This document shows positions 56,081 to 64,000 of a DNA stretch of 64,000 bases, one piece after another. Each line of letters opens with the position of its first letter. Position 1 is the stretch's first letter. The DNA is from Acutalibacteraceae bacterium. GTDB taxonomy: Bacteria; Bacillota; Clostridia; Oscillospirales; Acutalibacteraceae. A program made the position numbers and the translations under genes. The notes under the pieces are model-generated. The model saw only the letters and a program-made list of their open reading frames with translations, was not told the DNA's origin and searched no databases. Location: assembly GCA_045576295.1 (NCBI GenBank), contig JAZNGF010000035.1, positions 58 through 64,057 of the forward strand. Direction: 5' to 3'.

Positions 56081-57439
56081 TTATTTCGAATGATCTTCAA
56101 TCCATTTTTTATACCAATAGAATGAATCTTTAGGTATGCGCTTTTGGGTTAAATAATCAACATAAATAAGGCCAAAACGCTCGCCATAGCCGCACTCCCA
56201 TTCGAAGTTATCCATAAGCGACCATAAGAAGTAACCGCCAATATCGGCGCCGTCGTCGGCCGCCTTTTCGAGCTCGTTTAAATAACGGGTTACAAAGTCG
56301 ATTCGCGACTGATCGTGAACCTTGCCGTCGAGAGCTACCCAGTCGTTCGAGGCCATACCGTTTTCGGAAATAAATATCGGCAGCTTATAGCGCTCGTATA
56401 AAAACCTTGCGCCCCAACGAATGCACTTAGGCGAAATCGACCAGTACATTGATGTTTTTGAAGAGCCAAGCTCACGCGGAACGAGCTGAAGATTGCCGTT
56501 TTCATCAAGTCTCATTTCCTTGCCGTTATAGATGTTTTGAGCATAAAAATCAAGCGGCTGGTTAATGAGCTTCATATCTTCTTCAGTGATTTCGGGAAGG
56601 TAGTCTTTATATAACTTTAAGCCATCTTCAGGGTAGCGGCCGAGAATAACAGGGTCGCTCCACCAGGATACATTCCACATAACATTGCGGCCATCGGCCG
56701 GTTCACACGAGAACATCTGCTTGCGAACCGCTTCGATATTTTCGGGGGTTTCTTCGGCAGGGTAGTTCGGTGTGCTGGTTGGGGCAAAGCCTATGCGAAT
56801 GGGCTGTTTTGCGGCTTCGCGCATTGCCTTAACAGCCGCACCATGAGCCTTTAAAACATTGTGGCACATTTGGAAAATATCTTTATATGTTGAGCGAAGG
56901 CCGGGCGCGTGATTACCCATAAGGTAGCCCGAGCCGATAAAGCATTGCGGCTCGTTAAAGGTTATGAAATTAACAGCCCTGTCGGAATAAAGTTCAACAA
57001 CCTTGGCAGCGTAATCGGCAAACCATTTAACGCTGTCGGGATTGAGCCAACCGCCTAATTTATGAAGCTCATATGGGTAGTCCCAATGGAATAATGTTAT
57101 ATAAGGCTCGATTCCGTTTGCAAGCAGTTCATCAATAAGATCGGAATAAAACTGTGCGCCCTTTTCATTAAATTCGCCTGTGCCTGAGGGGAAAAGCCTT
57201 GTCCAGCTCATAGAAAAGCGGTATGCCTTGATGCCAAGCTCCTTCATCAGTTTAACATCTTCTTTATAACGGTTATAATGGTCGCATGCTACATCGCCCG
57301 TTTCGCCGCGGTGCACGCGCCCCGGGTTATGCGAAAACACATCCCAAACGCTCAGTCCCCTGCCGTCTGTATCATATGCGCCTTCTATTTGGTAAGATGA
57401 GGTTGCCGCACCCCAAACAAAATCTTTCTTAAAGCCCAT
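56081..57439 (-). CDS. Glycoside hydrolase family 1 beta-glucosidase (or 6-phospho-beta-glucosidase)
   Basis: A 452-aa ORF with the GH1 motifs FVWGAATSSYQIEGA, TFNEP (acid/base) and ISENG (nucleophile). Confidence 0.93.
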   Translation of the reverse strand: MGFKKDFVWGAATSSYQIEGAYDTDGRGLSVWDVFSHNPGRVHRGETGDVACDHYNRYKEDVKLMKELGIKAYRFSMSWTRLFPSGTGEFNEKGAQFYSDLIDELLANGIEPYITLFHWDYPYELHKLGGWLNPDSVKWFADYAAKVVELYSDRAVNFITFNEPQCFIGSGYLMGNHAPGLRSTYKDIFQMCHNVLKAHGAAVKAMREAAKQPIRIGFAPTSTPNYPAEETPENIEAVRKQMFSCEPADGRNVMWNVSWWSDPVILGRYPEDGLKLYKDYLPEITEEDMKLINQPLDFYAQNIYNGKEMRLDENGNLQLVPRELGSSKTSMYWSISPKCIRWGARFLYERYKLPIFISENGMASNDWVALDGKVHDQSRIDFVTRYLNELEKAADDGADIGGYFLWSLMDNFEWECGYGERFGLIYVDYLTQKRIPKDSFYWYKKWIEDHSK

Positions 57440-57592
57440 ATATGTATTCCTCCGTGTAAAATTTAAGTTTGCTATTTATTATAATACATTAATACCCAGC
57501 TTTTTTCAAGTAATATTAACAGTTATAAGAAAATTACCCCACAAAAAGCACGCCCCAAAAAGAAGGCGTGCTTTTAAAGCGCTTAATATGCG

Positions 57593-58447
57593 TTAGATTG
57601 TTCCTGTAACTACTAATGTTGCGGTGCCGGGGGTTACGGTGTATTCGCCGGTTACAGGGTTTATAACAACGGTTGCCGCAGGCACTGTGATTTGACCTGC
57701 CGCTGTTGTGAATAAGCCTGTAGCTTCATTGTAATTATACTGAACACCTTCGGCCCACGTAGCGCCACCGAAGGTTACTGCAAGGTCGGTTAAAATTGGG
57801 TTGAAGGTGTCGGTTATAACTGCGTTATCGGTTGCAACAACCGCTGCGGTTCCAAAGTTTTGAATAACAAAGGTGTAGGTTACGCGGTCGTTATCTACAA
57901 CCTGTGAAGGTGTTATTGATTTAGTGATGGTAAGCTGGGCTCTCGCCGAGCTTTCAACAGTTTCGGTTGCGGTAATGGGTGTGTTTATGCCATCACCGGT
58001 TACTGTTACAGTGTTAACGATTGTGCCGCCCTCGGCAGGGTTTGCAAAACCGTTAGCGCGGGCTTGGTATACTATAACTGTACTGCCGCTTGCGGGAACA
58101 TTAATGCCTGTTATAACAAGGGGCGGGCCTGCTGTTACTGCAGGGTCAGCCTCGGGCACACCGTCGACAAACAAAGCCACTGAACCTTCTTCATAGGTTA
58201 GCGGATAGCGTGTTACGCCACCGGCGTCATACCCGCCAAGGTCATCGGTTACCGTAAGGTCGGTAAGGGCGGCTGTGCCTGTGTTGCGAAGGGTTACAAC
58301 ATAAGTTACGAGTTCGCCTTGCTCATAGGTGCCTTCAATCGACGTTTTTGTGGCTGTTAAAACGTCGAGAATTTCGCCGAAAGCAACATTCGAATTTGTT
58401 GTTATTCCGTTATAGGTTAAGGTTGCCTGATTTGAAAATATCGCCAC
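57593..58447 (-). CDS. DUF11 / conserved-repeat-domain protein without a signal peptide
   Basis: GTG start at 58447, 8 nt after AGGAGG. Two repeat cores are present (VTYVVTLRNTGTAALTDLTVTDDLG and VTYTFVIQNFGTAAVVATDNAVITD). Confidence 0.75.
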   Translation of the reverse strand: MAIFSNQATLTYNGITTNSNVAFGEILDVLTATKTSIEGTYEQGELVTYVVTLRNTGTAALTDLTVTDDLGGYDAGGVTRYPLTYEEGSVALFVDGVPEADPAVTAGPPLVITGINVPASGSTVIVYQARANGFANPAEGGTIVNTVTVTGDGINTPITATETVESSARAQLTITKSITPSQVVDNDRVTYTFVIQNFGTAAVVATDNAVITDTFNPILTDLAVTFGGATWAEGVQYNYNEATGLFTTAAGQITVPAATVVINPVTGEYTVTPGTATLVVTGTI

Positions 58448-58602
58448 TTGAATTACCTCCTTTTCTTTTTGGGTCTTGGCCTCCCCTAAATATTTTATGT
58501 GCGCGAGTGCCCAGTTGTTACGGGAGAAAGGGCATAAAAAAGCGGAAAGCACCCACCCTTTCGGGCGAGCGCTCTCCTTATATGGGGATGAATATGGGTG
58601 GG

Positions 58603-59445
58603 CTAAATTAAATCGGGCATTTTAAGCTGGCGCGAATCACTGCGCTTGGCCTGAGGCTTATCGATAATTATTCTATACTCAATTTTCATTGCCGTTTCGT
58701 TGCGAAGTGTGTGGGCCTTTACGCCCGATTTTTTTATTGAATCAACCATTTTATCAATGCTGTTCGATATTATCCTTATATCGCCCATTGCATAGCCTTT
58801 AATATGCGGCTTTTTTTCGGCCTCGCGCGGGGTGAGTGTGCGCTCAACAAGCGCATCGGTTTCGGCAACCGTTAGGCCCTCGGCGATAATAATATCTAAT
58901 ATTTCATCTCGATTTTTTTCATTCAAGCGAACAAGCGCCCTTGCGTGCCGCTCCGAAAGGCGGGCGGCAACCATTCTTTTGCGCTGTTCTTCGGTTAAAC
59001 TTAAAATTTTAAGCTTATTCGAAAGCGTTGAGGGTGCAATGCCAATCTGCGCTGCGGCTTCAGTACCGCTTAAAGAGAAGGTTTGCATAATTTTTAAAAT
59101 TCCCTCGGCCTCTTCAAACATGCTAAGGTTCTGCCGCTGCAGGTTTTCAATCAACGAAAGGATAGCGGCACTCTGTGCTTGCGGTGTGATTATAATTGCA
59201 TCAATCTGGCGGTGTCCAAGCTGGCGAACCGCGCGAAGCCGACGCTCACCCGCAACTAATTCATACCTGCCACCGGGCATTTGCCGAACGGTTACCGGCT
59301 GCAATAAACCATTTTGCTTAATGCTAAGCGATAGGCGATTAAGCTCATATTCATCGAAGATTTTTCTCGGCTGCAAGGGGTTTGGGTCGATTAAATCAAC
59401 CGATATTGAAACAAGGCGCGAAGCCGCCATCCTCTTTTTGACCAT
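58603..59445 (-). CDS. ParB/Noc-like DNA-binding protein
   Basis: ParB N-terminal box (LLQPVTVRQMPGGRYELVAGERRLRA) and an HTH (AAAQIGIAPSTLSNKL). It lies directly downstream of rsmG, as noc does in Bacillus. The start is ambiguous (59463, 59445 or 59430). Confidence 0.8.
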   Translation of the reverse strand: MVKKRMAASRLVSISVDLIDPNPLQPRKIFDEYELNRLSLSIKQNGLLQPVTVRQMPGGRYELVAGERRLRAVRQLGHRQIDAIIITPQAQSAAILSLIENLQRQNLSMFEEAEGILKIMQTFSLSGTEAAAQIGIAPSTLSNKLKILSLTEEQRKRMVAARLSERHARALVRLNEKNRDEILDIIIAEGLTVAETDALVERTLTPREAEKKPHIKGYAMGDIRIISNSIDKMVDSIKKSGVKAHTLRNETAMKIEYRIIIDKPQAKRSDSRQLKMPDLI

Positions 59446-59572
59446 AAACAAACCTTGCACCACCTAACTTGTCCAAACATTGTTCTTACAATGTTTATTA
59501 TACCCAAATTGGTAAATATTTCAATAAAAACAGTATGACAAAACCGGACAGTTACCTGCCCGGTTTGATAAT

Positions 59573-60295
59573 TTAAAGCGGCTTTTTAGCAATTTCAGAA
59601 TTCTTTCTTGGGTATTTTGGCGGAGTTTGCGAAACTTTTTTGGTTATAACTGCGGCTCTGCTGTCGCCATTTGGCAGTTCATAGCTTTCTACCGAATGAA
59701 GCTTGCCTCCAAGAAGTTCTATGGCGCGAGCAGCGTCTTCTGCCTCCCCCACACCTGAAGGTCCTTTAAGCGAAATAAATGCGCCGCCCTTTTTAACATA
59801 GGGCAGGCAAAATTCAGTTAGCGTTGGGAGCGCCGCCACAGCCCTTGCCACAGCTATATCAAAGCTCTCACGAAGTTTGGTTTTTGAGCCTTCTTCGGCA
59901 CGGGCGTGAACAAGCTCAACCTCGCACCCCACAGCTTCGCTCACCGCATTTAAAAAGTTTAAACGTTTATTAAGCGAATCAAGCAATGTAACCTTTAAGT
60001 CGGGGCGGGCTATCTTCATAACCATTCCGGGGAAGCCTGCGCCCGTTCCAACATCGATAACCGATGCGCCATAGGGGATATCATACATTTTAAAAACCAA
60101 AAGCGAATCATAAAAATGCTTAAGCATAACCTCGTTTTCTTCGGTGATTGCGGTGAGATTCATTTTCTCGTTCCATTCGCGAAGCAGTTTTGAATAGACA
60201 CGAAGCCCGTTTGCGGCGTCATCAGTAAGCTCCAGGCCGAATTTATTGCACTCGTTTTTTAAATCGTTTATTGTGAAAACCATAATTTTCTCCAT
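59573..60295 (-). CDS. rsmG: 16S rRNA (guanine527-N7)-methyltransferase
   Basis: A 240-aa ORF with the SAM motif VIDVGTGAGFPG and a typical GidB length. Confidence 0.92.
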   Translation of the reverse strand: MEKIMVFTINDLKNECNKFGLELTDDAANGLRVYSKLLREWNEKMNLTAITEENEVMLKHFYDSLLVFKMYDIPYGASVIDVGTGAGFPGMVMKIARPDLKVTLLDSLNKRLNFLNAVSEAVGCEVELVHARAEEGSKTKLRESFDIAVARAVAALPTLTEFCLPYVKKGGAFISLKGPSGVGEAEDAARAIELLGGKLHSVESYELPNGDSRAAVITKKVSQTPPKYPRKNSEIAKKPL

Positions 60296-60474
60296 TCAGA
60301 TAAATTCATCTTCTACACCAACTATTCTAAACTAAAAGCCGAGCTTTTTCAATACGAAAATGGGAACAAAAGAACACCCAGGGCATAAAATGTTATAAAC
60401 TAAAAAGCTATGAAAGGCGGCCGCGGCCTTAAAGCACACAAAGCGTAATTAAGCGCGGCAGAATGGGGAATTGT

Positions 60475-61752
60475 ATGTATATTTACACCGTAAACCCAGG
60501 CGACACACTTTATTCGATTGCGCAAAAATTCGGAATTCCACCTGCAAGGCTTGCCGAAGATAACGGCATAACAAACCTTGAAAACTTGGTTGTGGGGCAA
60601 GATATTCTAATTCCAAATGGCAGGTTTTACGAAGTAAAACGGGGTGATTCGCTTTATTCGGTGGCACTGCTTGAGGGCACGAACATCAGCGAGCTTTTAA
60701 GGATAAACCCGAATATTACCGAACCCTTTGTAATCTACCCCGGGCAGATTATAAGGCTGCCTGAGCAAAACACCCCCAAACGCGACATTGAAGTTAACGG
60801 CTACGCCTACCCGAACATATCACGTTCAGTGTTAGACGCAAGCCTGCCCTACCTTACCTATCTTTCAATTTTCAGCTACAGCGTAAATGCAGATGGCACA
60901 CTGAATAACATTAACGATGATGATTTAGTTACCCGCGCCAAAAACGGGGGCGTTGCACCTGTTATGGTTATAACAAACACGGTTGCGGGCGGCGGGTTCG
61001 ACAGCGACCTTGTTAGCAGCATTTTAAATTCATCCACCGCGATAGACACCTTACTTAACGCCTGCATAACTATTATGAACCAAAAGGGCTACTACGCGCT
61101 CGACGTAGATTTTGAATACATCCCCCCTGCCGACCGCGAGGCGTATAACTCATTTTTAGATCGGGCAGGCGATATTTTAAGAGAAAACGGTTTTAAACTG
61201 TTCACTGCAATAGCACCTAAACTAAGCGCTACGCAGGTTGGCACATTATATGAAGCACACGACTACGCGGCTCACGGCCGTTTTGCCGACCGAATTACAA
61301 TTATGACCTATGAATGGGGTTACCTTTACGGCCCGCCGCTTGCCATTGCACCTTACAGCGAAGTACGCAAGGTTATAAGCTACGCGGTAACCGAAATACC
61401 GCCGCGAAAAATACTTATGGGTATGCCAAACTATGCCTATGATTGGACTCTGCCCTATGTAGAGGGCCGCCCAGCAAGGTACCTTTCGGTGAACGAAGCG
61501 CGAGACTTGGCCTTCACGGTTGGCGCCAGAATTCAGTATAGCGAAGGAGCACAGGCACCATTTTTTGAATACACAGATTCAACGGGTGCCGAACATATAG
61601 TATGGTTCGATAACGCGCGAAGCACCAATGCGCGGCTGAACCTTGTTGAAGAATTCGGCCTTGCAGGGGTTAGTTTTTGGCCAATAATGCGGCTAAACAT
61701 AGTTAACTTTAAGCTGATAGATGCGAGGTTTAATATTGTAAAAGTGATTTAA
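60475..61752 (+). CDS. Two-LysM plus GH18 protein (YaaH/SleL-like spore peptidoglycan hydrolase type)
   Basis: Two LysM repeats (YTVNPGDTLYSIAQKFG and YEVKRGDSLYSVA) followed by a GH18 barrel (LDVDFEYIP). Confidence 0.82.
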   Translation: MYIYTVNPGDTLYSIAQKFGIPPARLAEDNGITNLENLVVGQDILIPNGRFYEVKRGDSLYSVALLEGTNISELLRINPNITEPFVIYPGQIIRLPEQNTPKRDIEVNGYAYPNISRSVLDASLPYLTYLSIFSYSVNADGTLNNINDDDLVTRAKNGGVAPVMVITNTVAGGGFDSDLVSSILNSSTAIDTLLNACITIMNQKGYYALDVDFEYIPPADREAYNSFLDRAGDILRENGFKLFTAIAPKLSATQVGTLYEAHDYAAHGRFADRITIMTYEWGYLYGPPLAIAPYSEVRKVISYAVTEIPPRKILMGMPNYAYDWTLPYVEGRPARYLSVNEARDLAFTVGARIQYSEGAQAPFFEYTDSTGAEHIVWFDNARSTNARLNLVEEFGLAGVSFWPIMRLNIVNFKLIDARFNIVKVI

Positions 61753-61759
61753 AGCAAAA

Positions 61760-61797
61760 AAACACCACAGCCTGAAAATCAGGCTGTGGTGTGATTT
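61760..61797. terminator. Bidirectional terminator between the GH18 gene and rplQ
   Basis: ACACCACAGCCTGA-aaa-TCAGGCTGTGGTGT, flanked by A- and T-runs. Confidence 0.8.
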
Positions 61798-61811
61798 TCT
61801 CTAAAGAGAAA

Positions 61812-62156
61812 TTATTTTACAAGCTCAATAATAGCCATTTCTGCAGCGTCACCACGGCGGGGACCTGTTTTAGTGATACGGCAGTAACCGCCGTTCCTAT
61901 CTGCATAAGAGGGAGCGATTTCGTTGAATAATTTCTTAACAACGTCTTCTTTAGTGATAAAAGCATACGCCCTTCTCTTGCTGTTTAAACTATTATCTTT
62001 AGCGAGTGTGATATATTTCTCGGCCATTGAACTTACCTCTTTAGCGCGAGTAACGGTTGTTTCTATCTTGCCGTTTTCAAGCAAGTAGGTAACCATTGCG
62101 CGAAGCATAGCGATTCTGTGATCGCTCGTTCTTCCGAGTTTTCTGGTTCCAGGCAT
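61812..62156 (-). CDS. rplQ: 50S ribosomal protein L17
   Basis: A 114-aa ORF ([16 protein letters not shown]...), downstream of rpoA. Confidence 0.96.
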   Translation of the reverse strand: MPGTRKLGRTSDHRIAMLRAMVTYLLENGKIETTVTRAKEVSSMAEKYITLAKDNSLNSKRRAYAFITKEDVVKKLFNEIAPSYADRNGGYCRITKTGPRRGDAAEMAIIELVK

Positions 62157-62177
62157 TTATAACACTCCTTCAACTCA

Positions 62178-63125
62178 TTATTCTTCTTCGCTTGCAAGGG
62201 CAAAACCGAGTGAATCGAGTTTTGCAATAACCTCTTCAAGCGATTTACGGCCAAGGTTGCGAACCTTCATCATATCATCTTCTGTTTTGGTGATAAGGTC
62301 TTCAACCGTGTTTATTCCGGCTCTCTTTAAGCAGTTAAAGCTACGAACCGACAGATCAAGTTCCTCAATGGTCATCTCAAGAACTTTTTCCTTATCATCG
62401 CCCTGCTTTTCAACCATGATACTGCTTTCAAACGCAGTATCTGAAAGGCCTACGAACAGGTTGAGATGTTCAGTGAGAATCTTGGCTGATAAAGATATTG
62501 CCTCAGATGCTGTAATCGTTCCGTTTGTCCAAACCTCGATAATTAAGCGGTCGTAATCGATCTGCTGGCCAACACGGGTGTTCTCAACCGAATAGTTCAC
62601 CTTAACAACAGGTGTAAAGATTGAGTCAACCGAGATGGTGCCAATCGGGTTCTGTTCGCTCTTATTGCGGTCTGACGGAACGTAACCTCTGCCCTTATCT
62701 ATGGTCATTTCCATATAAAGCTTTCCGCCTTCATCAACCGTTGCGATGTGAAGCTCGGGGTTTAAAATCTCAACCTCGCTGTCGCATTTAATCTGCGCGC
62801 CTGTAACACGGCAGGGGCCCTCGGCTTCAATGTAAACCGTTTTGGGGCCTTCGCTATGAAGGTTGGCAATTAAGCTTTTGATGTTAAGAACAATTTCGGT
62901 TACATCTTCCTTAACATGGGGTATTGTGGAAAATTCGTGCTGAACACCTTCGATTTTAACGCTGGTTACAGCAACACCAGGCAGAGATGACATAAGCACC
63001 CTGCGAAGGCTGTTACCAAGTGTTGTACCGTAGCCGCCCTCGAGCGGTTCTAATGTGAACTTTCCATAAGTGCCATCATCAGTTAAATCCAGTGTATCTA
63101 TTCTGGGCTTTTCTATTTCGATCAT
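62178..63125 (-). CDS. rpoA: DNA-directed RNA polymerase alpha subunit
   Basis: ATG at 63125, giving MIEIEKPRI. Typical NTD, and a CTD with [16 protein letters not shown]. Confidence 0.96.
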   Translation of the reverse strand: MIEIEKPRIDTLDLTDDGTYGKFTLEPLEGGYGTTLGNSLRRVLMSSLPGVAVTSVKIEGVQHEFSTIPHVKEDVTEIVLNIKSLIANLHSEGPKTVYIEAEGPCRVTGAQIKCDSEVEILNPELHIATVDEGGKLYMEMTIDKGRGYVPSDRNKSEQNPIGTISVDSIFTPVVKVNYSVENTRVGQQIDYDRLIIEVWTNGTITASEAISLSAKILTEHLNLFVGLSDTAFESSIMVEKQGDDKEKVLEMTIEELDLSVRSFNCLKRAGINTVEDLITKTEDDMMKVRNLGRKSLEEVIAKLDSLGFALASEEE

Positions 63126-63242
63126 AAAAGCTCCATTTCTCCGCACATGTTTAAATTCATCGAATTAGACTATGCAAAGCTTAGTGCGGCTAAGCCTTGC
63201 AGAGTAACAATGTTTGAAAACAATGCAGGCAAAAAACCTCGA

Positions 63243-63869
63243 TTATTTCGAATAGAATTCGACGATGAGCTGTTCCTCGATAGGAGCATCAATCATCTCG
63301 CGAGCAGGAAGGTTAATAACCTTTGCTTCAAGCGCATCGCGGTTTACATCAATCCACTGGGGAACAGGGCGAGCACTGTTTGCTTCGATAACAGCCTTGA
63401 TTTTTTCGCTCTTACGTGCCTTTTCGCAGATTGCGATTACATCGCCTGCTTTAACAAGGTAAGAAGCTATATCAACGCGCTTACCGTTTACTTCAAAATG
63501 ACCGTGACCAACAAGCTGCCTTGCTTCTGCACGGGATGAAGCGAAACCAACCCTGTAAACAATGTTATCTAAACGGCTTTCGAGGATTCTTAAAAGGTTT
63601 TCACCAGTTACGCCAACCTTGCGTTCAGCAATTTCGAAGTAGTGGTGGAACTGAACCTCGTTAACTCCGTAGTAACGCCTTGCTTTCTGCTTAGCACGGA
63701 GCTGAAGACCGTATTCTGAAGACTTTTTACGTCCTTGACCGTGTTGACCGGGTGCATATGACCTACGTCCCACGGAACATTTATCGGAATAGCAGCGTTC
63801 ACCCTTTAAGAATAATTTCTCACCCTCGCGGCGGCAAAGTCTGCATACCGGACCAGTATATCTAGCCAT
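63243..63869 (-). CDS. rpsD: 30S ribosomal protein S4
   Basis: A 208-aa ORF with [16 protein letters not shown] and an S4 domain. Confidence 0.96.
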   Translation of the reverse strand: MARYTGPVCRLCRREGEKLFLKGERCYSDKCSVGRRSYAPGQHGQGRKKSSEYGLQLRAKQKARRYYGVNEVQFHHYFEIAERKVGVTGENLLRILESRLDNIVYRVGFASSRAEARQLVGHGHFEVNGKRVDIASYLVKAGDVIAICEKARKSEKIKAVIEANSARPVPQWIDVNRDALEAKVINLPAREMIDAPIEEQLIVEFYSK

Positions 63870-63892
63870 TCATTACACCTCCAAAAATTAGG

Positions 63893-64000
63893 TTATACAC
63901 GCCTTCTCTTAGGCGGACGGCAACCGTTATGCGGAATTGGGGTAACATCCTTAATCATGCTAACCTCAAGGCCGGCCGATTGTAATGCACGGATTGCAGC
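63893..64000 (-). CDS. rpsK: 30S ribosomal protein S11 (3' fragment; runs off the window)
   Basis: Hand translation of the last 35 codons gives ...[35 protein letters not shown]. Confidence 0.9.
   Translation of the reverse strand, partial: AAIRALQSAGLEVSMIKDVTPIPHNGCRPPKRRRV

Noticed and set aside
1-64000. CRISPR arrays, cas genes, restriction-modification or other classical defence islands, prophage genes, and IS elements.
   Set aside because: Reading through both strands I found no regularly spaced direct repeats, and no transposase, integrase or phage structural signatures. The only defence-type module is the HepT/MntA pair.

Overview
This is a chromosomal window from a low/mid-GC Firmicute. 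It is most likely a spore-forming member of Clostridia, inferred from gene content, gene order and TGn-extended -10 promoters; no species call is possible from sequence alone.

Gene layout:
- 1-9.0 kb (mostly minus strand): rplL-rplJ-rplA-rplK-nusG-secE-rpmG, an MGMT-type protein and tex, followed by rpsB-tsf on the plus strand.
- 9.5-18 kb: tRNA-Thr and tRNA-Tyr, then small housekeeping and accessory genes (EEP nuclease/phosphatase, patatin, esterases, ppa, MFS transporter) and a stand-alone tRNA-Leu(GAG).
- 19.1-29.3 kb: a complete pyrimidine operon, pyrC-carA-carB-pyrK-pyrD-pyrF-pyrE-pyrB-pyrI, behind a PyrR-type attenuator.
- 29.5-35.5 kb (accessory stretch): a MntA/HepT toxin-antitoxin pair and a heterodimeric ABC exporter flanked by two small XRE paralogs.
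- 35.5-39.2 kb: murA and uvrB.
- 39.6-55.9 kb (lipid-centred island): three tandem zinc-ribbon membrane paralogs; an adenylate-forming enzyme with a fused carrier domain; a tandem PlsC-type acyltransferase; an ACP; an LRAT-like protein; a PPTase; several alpha/beta hydrolases; a GT2-membrane fusion; and a fakB-fakB-fakA-plsX operon.
- 56-64 kb: GH1 glucosidase, a DUF11-repeat protein, a Noc-like ParB, rsmG, a LysM-GH18 protein and rplQ-rpoA-rpsD-rpsK.

Main findings:
- The most unusual signal is non-coding. A roughly 170-235 nt structured 5' leader occurs three times (18.4, 30.4 and 35.0 kb). Each copy has its own promoter, three nested helices, a co-varying alternative helix, and a nearly identical cUUCGg-loop intrinsic terminator just upstream of the RBS. 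I do not recognise it as a known riboswitch or leader class.
- The second candidate is the carrier-protein-dependent acyl-transfer operon at 39.6-45.8 kb.

No CRISPR array, transposase or intact integrase was seen.
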